DNA of 64,000 nucleotides from the human T2T-CHM13v2.0 reference genome, Homo sapiens: NCBI RefSeq assembly GCF_009914755.1, contig NC_060937.1. One strand, written 5' to 3'. The position numbers and the translations under genes were made by a program. Numbering within the stretch: position 1 is the stretch's first letter; each line of letters starts with the position of its first letter. Below the pieces are notes generated by a model. The model was not told the DNA's origin. It searched no databases and saw nothing but the letters and a program-made list of their open reading frames with translations. Shown piece after piece: positions 12,601-28,600 of the stretch.

Positions 12601-15600
12601 CTGTACATAAAATATCAAAGTACCCAAAATATGTATTATATACTGTACATAAAATATGAAAGTAACCAAACATTTATAATAAACTGTACATAAAGTAACA
12701 AAGTACTCAAACTACATATTATATACAGTATATAAAATGTCAAAGTACCCAAACTGTATATTATATACTGTACATAATATATCAAAGTACCCGAATATAT
12801 AGCATACTGTACATAAAATATCAAAGTACCCAAAGTGTGTATTATACACTGCACATAAAATATGAAGGTACATAAAATATATATTGTATTCTGTACATAA
12901 AATATCAAAGTACTCCAAATATATATTATATGCTGTACATAATATATTAAAGTCGCCCAAATATATATTATATACTGTACATAAAATATGAAGGTACATC
13001 AAATATATATTATATGCTGCACATAAAATATCAAAGTACCCAAAGTATGTGTTATATACTGTACATAAAATATCAAAGTACCCAAAGTATATATTATATA
13101 CTGTACATAAAATATAAAATACCCCAAATATATATTATATGCTCTACATAAAATATCAAAGTACACAAAATATGTATTATATACTGTACATAAAATACCA
13201 AAGGACCCAAAATATATATTATATACTGTACATAAAATATCAAAATACCCAAAATATATATTATATACTGTACATAAAATACCAAAGTACCCAAAGTATA
13301 TATTATATACCGTACAAAAAATATCAAAGTAGCCAAAATATGTATTATACACTGTACATAATATATGAAAGTACCCAAACATTTATAATAAACTGTACAT
13401 AAAATATCAATGTACTCAAACTATATATTATGTGCGCTACATAAGATATCAAAGTACCCATACTATATAGTATATACTGTACTTAAAATATCAAAATACC
13501 CAAAATATATATTATATACGTTACATAAACTATCAAATACACAAAGTATGTATTATATACTGTACATAAAATAGCAAAGTTCCCAAAATATGTATTATAT
13601 ACTGTACATAAAATATGAAAGTACCCAACCATTTATAATAAAGTCTACATAAAATACCAAAGTACCCAAACTGTGTATTATATACTGTCCATAAAATATC
13701 AAAGGACCCAAAATATATATCGTAAACTCTACATAAAATATCAAAGTAGCCAAAATACATATTGTATACTGTACATAAAATATAAAAGTACCCCAAATAT
13801 ATATTATATACTGTACATAAAATATCAAAGTACCCATAATACATATTATATACTGTACATAAAATATCAAAGGACCCAAAATAAACATTATATACTGTAC
13901 ATAAAATATCCAAATACTCAAAATATATATTACATACTGTACATAAAATATCAAAGTACCCAAATTATGTATTATATACTGTACGTAAAATATCAGAGTA
14001 CCCAAAATATGCATTATATACTGTACATAAAATATGAAAGTAACAAAACATTTATAATAAACTGTACATAAAATATCAAAGTACTCAAACTATATATCAT
14101 ATACTGTACATAAAATATCAAAGTACCCAAACTGTGTATTATTACATACTGTATATAAAATATCAAAGTACCTGAAATATATATTTTATACTGTACATAA
14201 AATATCAAAGTACCCAAAATATATACTATATACTGTACATAAAATATGAAGGTACATCAAATATATATTATATCCTGTACATAAAATATCAAAGTACTCC
14301 TATTATATATTGTGTACTGTACATAATATATTAAATCGCCCAAATATATATTGTATACTGTATATAAAATATGAAGGTACTTCAAATATATATTATATGC
14401 TGCACATAAAATATCAAAGTACCCAAAGTATGCATTACATACTGTACATAAAATATCAAAGTACACAAATTATATATTACATTCTGTACATAAAATATGT
14501 AGGTTCATCAAATATATTTTATATTCTGTACATAATATATCAAAGTACATCAAGTATATATTATATACGGTACATAAAATATCAAAGTACCCAAAATATG
14601 TACTATTTACTGTACATAAAATATGAAAGTAACCAAACATTTATAATAAACTGTACATAAAATATCAAAGTACTCAATCTACATATTATATACAGTATAT
14701 AAAATATCAAAGTACACAAACTGTATATTATATACTGTACATAATATATCAAAGTACCCAGAATATATAGCATACTGTACATACAATATCAAAGTACCCA
14801 GAATGTATATTGTATACTGTACATAAAATATGAAGGTACATCAAAGATATATTATATTCTGTACATAAAATATCAAAGTACACCAAATATATATTATATG
14901 CTGTACATAATATATTAAAGTTGCCCATGTATACATTTTATACTGTACATAAAATATGAAGGTACATCAAATATATAGTATATGCTGCACATAAAATATC
15001 AAAGTACCCAAAGTATGTATTATATACTGTACATAAAATATCAAAGTACCAAAAGTATATATTACCTACTGTAAATAAAATATGAAGATACCTCAAATAT
15101 ATATTATATTCTGTACATGAAATATCAAAGTACACCAAGTATATACTATATACTCTACATAAAATATTAAATTACCCAAAATATGTATTGTATTGTGTAC
15201 ATAAAATATGAAAGTAACCAAACATTTATAATAAACTGTACATAAAATATCAAAGTACTCAAACTTTATATTATATACTGTACATAAAGTATCAAAGTAC
15301 CCAAACTGTGTAGTATATACTGTACATAAAATATCAAGGTACCCAAAATGTATATTGTAAACTGTAGATAAAATATCAAAGTACCCAAAATATATATTAT
15401 ATACTGTACATAAAATATGAAGGCACATCCAATATATATTATATTCTGTACATAAAATATCAAAGTACACCAAATGTATATTATATACTGTACATAAAAT
15501 ATAAAACTACCCCAAATATATCTTATATACTCTACATAAAATATCAAAGTACCCAAAATATATATTATATACTGTACATAATATATCAAAGTACCCATAG

Positions 15601-16659
15601 TATGTATTATATCCTGTACATAAAATATGAAAGTACGTCAAATATATATTCTATTCTGCACATAAAATATCATATTGCACCAAATATATATTGTATACTG
15701 TATATAAAATATGAAGGTACTTCAAATATATATTATATGCTGCACATAAAATATCAAAGTACCCAAAGTATGCATTATATACTGTACATAAAATATCAAA
15801 GTACCCAAAGTGTATATTATATACTGTACATAAAATATGAAGGTTCATCAAATATATTTTATATTCTGCACATAATATATCAAAGTACAGCAAATATATA
15901 TTATATACTGTACATAAAATAACAAAGTAACAAAAATATGTATTATATACTGTACATAAAATATGAAAGTAACCAAATATTTATAATAAACTGTATATAA
16001 AATATCAAAGTACTCAAACTACATATTATATACAGTATATAAAATATCAAAGTACCCAAACTATATATTATATACTGTACATACTATATCAAAGTACCCG
16101 AATATATAGCATACTGTACATAAAATATCAAATTACCCAAAATATGTATTGTATACTGTACATAAAATATGAAGGTACATCAAAGATATATTATATTCTG
16201 TACATAAAATATCAAAGTACACCAAATATATATTATATGCTGTACAGAATATATTAAACTCGACCAAATGTATATTATATACTGTACATAAAATATGAAG
16301 GTACATCAAATATATATTATATGCTGCACATAAAATATCAAAGTACCCAAAGTATGTGTTATATACTGTACATAAAATATCAAAGTACCCAAAGTATATA
16401 TTATATACTGTACATAAAATATAAAATACCCCAAATATATATTATATGCTGTACATAAAATATCAAAGTACACAAAATATGCATTATGTACTGTACATAA
16501 ATTATCAAAGGACCCAAAATATATATTATATAATGTACATAAAATATCAAAATACCCAAAATATATATTATATACTGTACATAAAATACCAAAGTACCCA
16601 AAGTATATATTATCTACTGTATAAAAAATATCAAAGTAGCCAAAATATGTATTATACAC

Positions 16660-19600
16660 TGTACATAAAACATGAAAGTAACCAAACATTTATAATAAAC
16701 TGTACATAAAATATCAAAGTACTCAATCTACATATTATATACAGTATATAAAATATCAAAGTACACAAACTGTATATTATATACTGTACATAATATATCA
16801 AAGTACCCAGAATATATAGCATACTGTACTTAAAATATCAAAGTACCCAAAATATATATTGTATACTGTACATAAAATATGAAGGTACATCAAAGATATA
16901 TTATATTCTGTACATAAAATATCAAAGTACACCAAATATATATTATATGCTGTACATAATATATTAAAGTTGCCCATATATACATTATATACTGTACATA
17001 AAATATGAACGTACATCAAATATATAGTATATGCTGCACATAAAATATCAAAGTACCCAAAGTATGTATTATACACTGTACATAAAATATCAAAGTACCA
17101 AAAGTATATATTACATACTGTAAATAAAATATGAAGGTACCTCAAATATATATTATATTCTGTACATAAAATATCAAAGTACACCAAGTATATACTATAT
17201 ACTCTGCATAAAATATTAAATTACCCAAAATATGTATTGCATTGTGTACATAAAATATGAAAGTAACCAAACATTTATAATAAACTGTACATAAAATATC
17301 AAAGTACTCAAACTGTATATTATATACTGTACATAAAGTATCAAAGTACCCAAACTGTGTAGTATATACTGTACATAAAATATCAAGGTACCCAAAATAT
17401 ATATTGTAAACTGTAGATAAAATATCAAAGTACCCAAAATATATATTATATACTGTACATAAAATATGAAGGCACATCCAATATATATTATATTCTGTAC
17501 ATAAAATATCAAAGTACACCAAATGTATATTATATACTGTACATAAAATATCAAAGTACCCAAAGTGTATATTATATACTGTACATAAACTATGAAGGTT
17601 CATCAAATATATTTTATATTCTGCACATAATATATCAAAGTACAGCAAATATATATTATATACTGTACATAAAATATCAAAGTACCCAAAATATGTATTA
17701 TATACTGTACATAAAATATGAAAGTAACCAAACATTTATAATAAACTGTACATAAAGTATCAAAGTACTCAAACTACATATTATATACAGTATATAAAAT
17801 GTCAAAGTACCCAAACTGTATATTATATACTGTACATAATATATCAAAGTACCCGAATATATAGCATACTGTACATAAAATATCAAAGTACCCAAAGTGT
17901 GTATTATACACTGCACATAAAATATGAAGGTACATAAAATATATATTGTATTCTGTACATAAAATATCAAAGTACTCCAAATATATATTATATGCTGTAC
18001 ATAATATATTAAAGTCGCCCAAATATATATTATATACTGTGCATAAAATATGAAGGTACATCAAATATATATTATATGCTGCACATAAAATATCAAAGTA
18101 CCCAAAGTATGTGTTATATACTGTACATAAAATATCAAAGTACCCAAAGTATATATTATATACTGTACATAAAATATAAAATACCCCAAATATATATTAT
18201 ATGCTGTACATAAAATACCAAAGTACACAAAATATGTATTATATACTGTACATAAAATACCAAAGGACCCAAAATATATATTATATACTGTACATAAAAT
18301 ATCAAAATACCCAAAATATATATTATATACTGTACATAAAATACCAAAGTACCCAAAGTATATATTATATACCGTACAAAAAATATCAAAGTAGCCAAAA
18401 TATGTATTATACACTGTACATAATATATGAAAGTACCCAAACATTTATAATAAACTGTACATAAAATATCAATGTACTCAAACTATATATTATGTGCGGT
18501 ACATAAGATATCAAAGTACCCATACTATATAGTATATACTGTACTTAAAATATCAAAATACCCAAAATATATATTATATACGTTACATAAACTATCAAAT
18601 ACACAAAGTATGTATTATATACTGTACATAAAATAGCAAAGTTCCCAAAATATGTATTATATATATTATAAATATGTACATAAAATATGAAAGTACCCAA
18701 CCATTTATAATAAACTCTACATAAAACACCAAAGTACCCAAACTGTGTATTATATACTGTCCATAAAATATCAAAGTACCCAAAATATATATTGTAAACT
18801 CTACATAAAATATCAAAGTAGCCAAAATACATATTGTATACTGTACATAAAATATAAAAGTACCCCAAATATATATTATATACTGTACATAAAATATCAA
18901 AGTACCCATAATACATATTATATACTGTACATAAAATATCAAAGGACCCAAAATAAACATTATATACTGTACATAAAATATCCAAATACTCAAAATATAT
19001 ATTACATACTGTACATAAAATATCAAAGTACCTAAATTATGTATTATATACTGTACGTAAAATATCAGAGTACCCAAAATATGCATTATATACTGTACAT
19101 AAAATATGAAAGTAACAAAACATTTATAATAAACTGTACATAAAATGTCAAAGTACTCAAACTATATATCATATACTGTACATAAAATATCAAAGTACCC
19201 AAACTGTGTATTATTATATACTGTATATAAAATATCAAAGTACCTGAAATATATATTGTATACTGTACATAAAATATCAAAGTACACAAAATATATACTA
19301 TATACTGTACATAAAATATGAAGGTACATCAAATATATATTATATCCTGTACATAAAATATCAAAGTACACCTATTATATATTGTTTACTGTACATAATA
19401 TATTAAATCGCCCAAATATATATTGTATACTGTATATAAAATATGAAGGTACTTCAAATATATATTATATGCTGCACATAAAATATCAAAGTACCCAAGG
19501 TATGCATTACATACTGTACATAAAATATCAAAGTACACAAATTATATATTATATACTGTACATAAAATATGTAGGTTCATCAAATATATTTTATATTCTG

Positions 19601-22600
19601 TACATAATATATCAAAGTACATCAAATATATATTATATACGGTACATAAAATATCAAATTACCCAAAATATGCATTATTTACTGTACATAAAATATGAAA
19701 GTAACCAAACATTTATAATAAACTGTACATAAATTATCAAAGTACTCAATCTACATATTATATACAGTATATAAAATATCAAAGTACACAAACTGTATAT
19801 TATATACTGTACATAATATGTCAAAGTACCCAGAATATATAGCATACTGTACATACAATATCAAAGTACCCAGAATGTATATTGTATACTGTACATAAAA
19901 TATGAAGGTACATCAAAGATATATTATATTCTGTACATAAAATATCAAAGTACACCAAATATATATTATATGCTGTACATAATATATTAAAGTTGCCCAT
20001 GTATACATTTTATACTGTACATAAAATATGAAGGTACATCAAATATATACTATATGCTGCACATAAAATATCAAAGTATCCAAAGTATGTATTATATACT
20101 GTACATAAAATATCAAAGTACCAAAAGTATATATTACCTACTGTAAATAAAATATGAAGGTACCTCAAATATATATTATATTCTGTACATGAAATATCAA
20201 AGTACACCAAGTATATACTATATACTCTACATAAAATATTAAATTACCCAAAATATGTATTGTATTGTGTACATAAATTATGAACGTAACCAAACATTTA
20301 TAATAAACTGTACATAAAATATCAAAGTACTCAAACTGTATATTATATACTGTACATAAAGTATCAAAGTACCCAAACTGTGTAGTATATACTGTACATA
20401 AAATATCAAGGTACCCAAAATATATATTGTAAACTGTAGATAAAATATCAAAATACCCAAACTATATATTATATACTGTACATAAAATATGAAGGCACAT
20501 CAAATATATACTATATTCTGTACATGAAATATCAAAGTACACCAAATGTATATTACATACTGTACATAAAATATCAAAGTACCCAAAGTGTATATTATAT
20601 ACTGTACATAAAATATGAAGGTTCATCAAATATATTTTATATTCTGCACATAATATATCAAAGTACAGCGAATATATACTATATACTGTACATAAAATAT
20701 CAAAGTACCCAAAATATGTATTATATACTGTACATAAAATATGAAAGTAACCAAACATTTATAATAAACTGTACATAAAGTAACAAAGTACTCAAACTAC
20801 ATATTATATACAGTATATAAAATGTCAAAGTATCCAAACTGTATATTATATACTGTACATAATATATCAAAGTACCCGAATATATAGCATACTGTACATA
20901 AAATATCAAAGTACCCAAAGTGTGTATTATACACTGCACATAAAATATGAAGGTACATAAAATATATATTGTATTCTGTACATAAAATATCAAAGTACTC
21001 CAAATATATATTATATGCTGTACATAATATATTAAAGTCGCCCAAATATATATTATATACTGTACATAAAATATGAAGGTACATCAAATATATATTATAT
21101 GCTGCACATAAAATATCAAAGTACCCAAAGTATGTGTTATATACTGTACATAAAATATCAAAGTACCCAAAATATATATTATATACTGTACATAAAATAT
21201 AAAATACCCCAAATATATATTATATGCTGTACATAAAATATGAAAGTACACAAAATATGTATTATATACTGTACATAAAATACCAAAGGACCCAAAATAT
21301 ATATTATATACTGTACATAAAATATCAAAATACCCAAAATATATATTATATACTGTACATAAAATACCAAAGTACCCAAAGTATATATTATATACCGTAC
21401 AAAAAATATCAAAGTAGCCAAAATATGTATTATACACTGTACATAATATATGAAAGTACCCAAACATTTATAATAAACTGTACATAAAATATCAATGTAC
21501 TCAAACTATGTATTATGTGCGGTACATAACATATCAAAGTACCCATACTATATAGTATGTACTGTACTTAAAATATCAAAATACCCAAAATATATATTAT
21601 ATACTGTACATAAAATATGAAGGCACATCCAATATATATTATATTCTGTACATAAAATATCAAAGTACACCAAATGTATATTATATACTGTACATAAAAT
21701 ATCAAAGTACCCAAAGTGTATATTATATACTGTACATAAAATATGAAGGTTCATCAAATATATTTTATATTCTGCACATAATATATCAAAGTACAGCAAA
21801 TATATATTATATACTGTACATAAAATATCAAAGTACCCAAAATATGTATTATATACTGTACATAAAATATGAAAGTAACCAAACATTTATAATAAACTGT
21901 ACATAAAGTATCAAACTACTCAAACTACATATTATATACAGTATATAAAACGTCAAAGTACCCAAACTGTATATTATATACTGTACATAATATATCAAAG
22001 TACCCAAATATATAGCATACTGTACATAAAATATCAAAGTACCCAAAATATATATTATATACTGTACATAAAATATCAAAATACCCAAAATATATATTAT
22101 ATACTGTACATAAATTACCAAAGTACCCAAAGTATATATTATGTACCGTACAAAAAATATCAAAGTAGCCAAAATATGTATTATACACTGTACTTAATAT
22201 ATGAAAGTACCCAAACATTTATAATAAACTGTAAATAAAATATCAATGTACTCAAACTATATATTATGTGCGGTACATAAGATATCAAAGTACCCATGCT
22301 ATATAGTATATACTGTACTTAAAATATCAAAATACCCAAAATATATATTATATACGTTACATAAACTATCAAATACACAAAGTATGTATTATATACTGTA
22401 CATAAAATAGCAAAGTTCCCAAAATATGTATTATATACTGTACATAAAATATGAAAGTACCCAACCATTTATAATAAACTCTACATAAAATACCAAAGTA
22501 CCCAAACTGTGTATTATATACTGTCCATAAAATATCAAAGGACCCAAAATATATATTGTAAACTCTACATAAAATATCAAAGTAGCCAAAATACATATTG

Positions 22601-25600
22601 TATACTGTACATAAAATATAAAAGTACCCCAAATATATATTATATACTGTACATAAAATATCAAAGTACCCATAATACATATTATATACTGTACATAAAA
22701 TATCAAAGGACCCAAAATAAACATTATATACTGTACATAAAATATCCAAATACTCAAAATATATATTACATACTGTACATAAAATATCAAAGTACCCAAA
22801 TTATGTATTATATACTGTACGTAAAATATCAGAGTACCCAAAATATGCATTATATACTGTACATAAAATATGAAGGTACATCAAATATATAGTATATGCT
22901 GCACATAAAATATCAAAGTACCCAAAGTATGTATTATATACTGTACATAAAATATCAAAGTACCAAAAGTATATATTACCTACTGTAAATAAAATATGAA
23001 GATACCTCAAATATATATTATATTCTGTACATAAAATATCAAAGTACACCAAGTATATACTATATACTCTACATAAAATATTAAATTACCCAAAATATGT
23101 ATTGTATTGTGTACATAAAATATGAAAGTAACCAAACATTTATAATAAACTGTACATAAAATATCAAAGTACTCAAACTTTATATTATATACTATACATA
23201 AAGTATCAAAGTACCCAAACTGTGTAGTATATACTGTACATAAAATATCAAGGTACCCAAAATGTATATTGTAAACTGTAGATAAAATATCAAAGTACCC
23301 AAAATATATATTATATACTGTACATAAAATATGAAGGCACATCCAATATATATTATATTCTGTACATAAAATATCAAAGTACACCAAATGTATATTATAT
23401 ACTGTACATAAAATATAAAACTACCCCAAATATATCTTATATACTCTACATAAAATATCAAAGTACCCAAAATATATATTATATACTGTACATAATATAT
23501 CAAAGTACCCATAGTATGTATTATATCCTGTACATAAAATATGAAGGTACATCAAATATATATTCTATTCTGCACATAAAATATCATATTGCACCAAATA
23601 TATATTGTATACTGTATATAAAATATGAAGGTACTTCAAATATATATTATATGCTGCACATAAAATATCAAAGTACCCAAAGTATGCATTATATACTGTA
23701 CATAAAATATCAAAGTACCCAAAGTGTATATTATATACTGTACATAAAATATGAAGGTTCATCAAATATATTTTATATTCTGCACATAATATATCAAAGT
23801 ACAGCAAATATATATTATATATTGTACATAAAATAACAAAGTACCAAAAATATGTATTATATACTGTACATAAAATATGAAAGTAACCAAATATTTATAA
23901 TAAACTGTATATAAAATATCAAAGTACTCAAACTACATATTATATACAGTATATAAAATATCAAAGTACCCAAACTATATATTATATACTGTACATACTA
24001 TATCAAAGTACCCAAATATATAGCATACTGTCCATAAAATATCGAAGTACCCAAAATATATATTGTATACTGTACATAAAATATGAAGGTACATCAAAGA
24101 TATATTATATCCTGTACATAAAATATCAAAGTACACCAAATATATATTATATGCTGTACATAATATATTAAAGTCGACCAAATATATATTATATACTGTA
24201 CATAAAATATGAAGGTACCTCAACTATATATTATATGCTGCACATAAAATATCAAAGTACCCAAAGTATGTATTATATACTGTACATAAAATATCAAAGT
24301 ACCCAAAGTATATATTATATACTGTACATAAAATATAAAATACCCCAAATATATATTATATGCTGTACATAAAATATCAAAGTACACAAAATATGTATTA
24401 TGTACTGTACATACAATATAAAGGACCCAAAATATATACTATATACTGTACATAAAATATCAAAATACCCAAAATATATATTATATACTGTACATAAAGT
24501 ACCAAAGTACCCAAAGTATATATTATATACCGTACAAAAAATATCAAAGTAGCCAAAATATGTATTATACACTGTACATAATATATGAAAGTACCCAAAC
24601 ATTTATAATAAACTGTACATAAAATATCAATGTACTCAAACTATGTATTATGTGCGGTACATAACATATCAAAGTACCCATACTATATAGTATGTACTGT
24701 ACTTAAAATATCAAAATACCCAAAATATATATTATATACGTTACATAAACTATCAAATACACAAAGTATGTATTATATACTGCACATAAAATAGCAAAGT
24801 TCCCAAAATATGTATTATATACTGTACATAAAATATGAAAGTACCCAACCATTTATAATAAACTCTACATAAAATACCAAAGTACCCAAACTGTGTATTA
24901 TATACTGTCCATAAAATATCAAAGTACCCAAAATATATATTGTAAACTATACATAAAATATCAAAGTAGCCAAAATACATATTGTATACTGTACATAAAA
25001 TATGAAAGTACCCCAAATATGTATTATATACTGTACATAAAATATCAAAGTACCCATAATACATATTATATACTGTACATAAAATATCAAAGGACCCAAA
25101 ATAAACATTATATACTGTACATAAAATATCCAAATACTCAAAATATATATTACGTACTGTACATAAAATATCAAAGTACCCAAATTATGTATTATATACT
25201 GTACGTAAAATATCAGAGTACCCAAAATATGCGTTATATACTGTACATAAAATATGAAAGTAACAAAACATTTATAATAAACTGTACATAAAATATCAAA
25301 GTACTCAAACTATATATCATATACTGTACATAAAATATCAAAGTACCCAAACTGTGTATTATTATATACTGTATATAAAATATCAAAGTACCTGAAATAT
25401 ATACTGTATACTGTACATAAAATATCAAAGTACCCAAAATATATACTATATACTGTACATAAAATATGAAGGTACATCAAATATATATTATATCCTGTAC
25501 ACAAAATATCAAACTACACCTATTATATATTGTGTACTGTACATAATATATTAAATCGCCCAAATATATATTGTATACTGTATATAAAATATGAAGGTAC

Positions 25601-28600
25601 TTCAAATATATATTATATGCTGCACATAAAATATCAAAGTACCCAAAGTATGCATTACATACTGTACATAAAATATCAAAGTACACATATTATCTATTAT
25701 ATAATGTACATAAAATATGAAGGTTCATCAAATATATATTATATTCTGTACATAATATATCAAAGTACATCAAATATATATTATATAGTGTACATAAAAT
25801 ATCAAAGTACCAAAAATATGTATTATATACTGTACATAAAACATGAAAGTAACCAAACATTTATAATAAACTGTACATAAAATATCAAAGTACTCAATCT
25901 ACATATTATATACAGTATATAAAATATCAAAGTACACAAACTGTATATTATATACTGTACATAATATATCAAAGTACCCAGAATATATCGCATACTGTAC
26001 TTAAAATATCAAAGTACCCAAAATATATATTGTATACTGTACATAAAATATGAAGGTACATCAAAGATATATTATATTCTGTACATAAAATATCAAACTA
26101 CACCAAATATATATTATATGCTGTACATAATATATTTAAGTTGCCCATATATACATTATATACTGTACATAAAATATGAACGTACATCAAATATATAGTA
26201 TATGCTGCACATAAAATATCAAAGTACCCAAAGTATGTGTTATATACTGTACATAAAATATCAAAGTACCCAAAGTATATATTATATACTGTACATAAAA
26301 TATAAAATACCCCAAATATATATTATATGCTGTACATAAAATATCAAAGTACACAAAATATGCATTATGTACTGTACATAAATTATCAAAGGACCCAAAA
26401 TATATATTATATAATGTACATAAAATATCAAAATACCCAAAATATATATTATATACTGTACATAAAATACCAAAGTACCCAAAGTATATATTATATACTG
26501 TATAAAAAATATCAAAGTAGCCAAAATATGTATTATACACTGTACATAATATATGAAAGTACCCAAATATTTATAATAAACTGTACATAAAATATCAATG
26601 TACTCAAACTATATATTATGTGCGGTACTTAAGATATCAAAGTACCCATACTATATAGTATGTACTGTACTTAAAATATCAAAATACCCAAAATATATAT
26701 TATATACGTTACATAAACTATCAAATACATAAAGTATGTATTACATACTGTACATAAAATAGCAAAGTTCCCAAAATATGTATTATATACTGTACATAAA
26801 ATATGAAAGTACCCAACCATTTATAATAAACTCTACATAAAATACCAAAGTACCCAAACTGTGTATTATATACTCTCCATAAAATATCAAAGTACCCAAA
26901 ATATATATTGTCAACTGTACATAAAATATCAAAGTACTCAATCTACATATTATATACAGTATATAAAATATCAAAGTACACAAACTGTATATTATATACT
27001 GTACATAATATATCAAAGTACCCAGAATATATAGCATACTGTACTTAAAATATCAAAGTACCCAAAATATATATTGTATACTGTACATAAAATATGAAGG
27101 TACATCAAAGATATATTATATTCTGTACATAAAATATCAAAGTACACCAAATATATATTATATGCTGTACATAATATATTAAAGTTGCCCATATATACAT
27201 TATATACTGTACATAAAATATGAACGTACATCAAATATATAGTATATGCTGCACATAAAATATCAAAGTACCCAAAGTATGTATTATACACTGTACATAA
27301 AATATCAAAGTACCAAAAGTATATATTACATACTGTAAATAAAATATGAAGGTACCTCAAATATATATTATATTCTGTACATGAAATATCAAAGTACACC
27401 AAGTATATACTATATACTCTGCATAAAATATTAAATTACCGAAAATATGTATTGCATTGTGTACATAAAATATGAAAGTAACCAAACATTTATAATAAAC
27501 TGTACATAAAATATCAAAGTACTCAAACTGTATATTATATACTGTACATAAAGTATCAAAGTACCCAAACTGTGTAGTATATACTGTACATAAAATATCA
27601 AGGTACCCAAAATATATATTGTAAACTGTAGATAAAATATCAAAGTACCCAAAATATATATTATATACTGTACATAAAATATGAAGGCACATCCAATATA
27701 TATTATATTCTGTACATAAAATATCAAAGTACACCAAATGTATATTATATACTGTACATAAAATATCAAAGTACCCAAAGTGTATATTATATACTGTACA
27801 TAAACTATGAAGGTTCATCAAATATATTTTATATTCTGCACATAATATATCAAAGTACAGCAAATATATATTATATACTGTACATAAAATATCAAAGTAC
27901 CCAAAATATGTATTATATACTGTACATAAAATATGAAAGTAACCAAACATTTATAATAAACTGTACATAAAGTATCAAAGTACTCAAACTACATATTATA
28001 TACAGTATATAAAATGTCAAAGTACCCAAACTGTATATTATATACTGTACATAATATATCAAAGTACCCGAATATATAGCATACTGTACATAAAATATCA
28101 AAGTACCCAAAGTGTGTATTATACACTGCACATAAAATATGAAGGTACATAAAATATATATTGTATTCTGTACATAAAATATCAAAGTACTCCAAATATA
28201 TATTATATGCTGTACATAATATATTAAAGTCGCCCAAATATATATTATATACTGTACATAAAATATGAAGGTACATCAAATATATATTATATGCTGCACA
28301 TAAAATATCAAAGTACCCAAAGTATGTGTTATATACTGTACATAAAATATCAAAGTACCCAAAGTATATATTATATACTGTACATAAAATATAAAATACC
28401 CCAAATATATATTATATGCTGTACATAAAATATGAAAGTACACAAAATATGTATTATATACTGTACATAAAATACCAAAGGACCCAAAATATATATTATA
28501 TACTGTACATAAAATATCAAAATACCCAAAATATATATTATATACTGTACATAAAATACCAAAGTACCCAAAGTATATATTATATACCGTACAAAAAATA

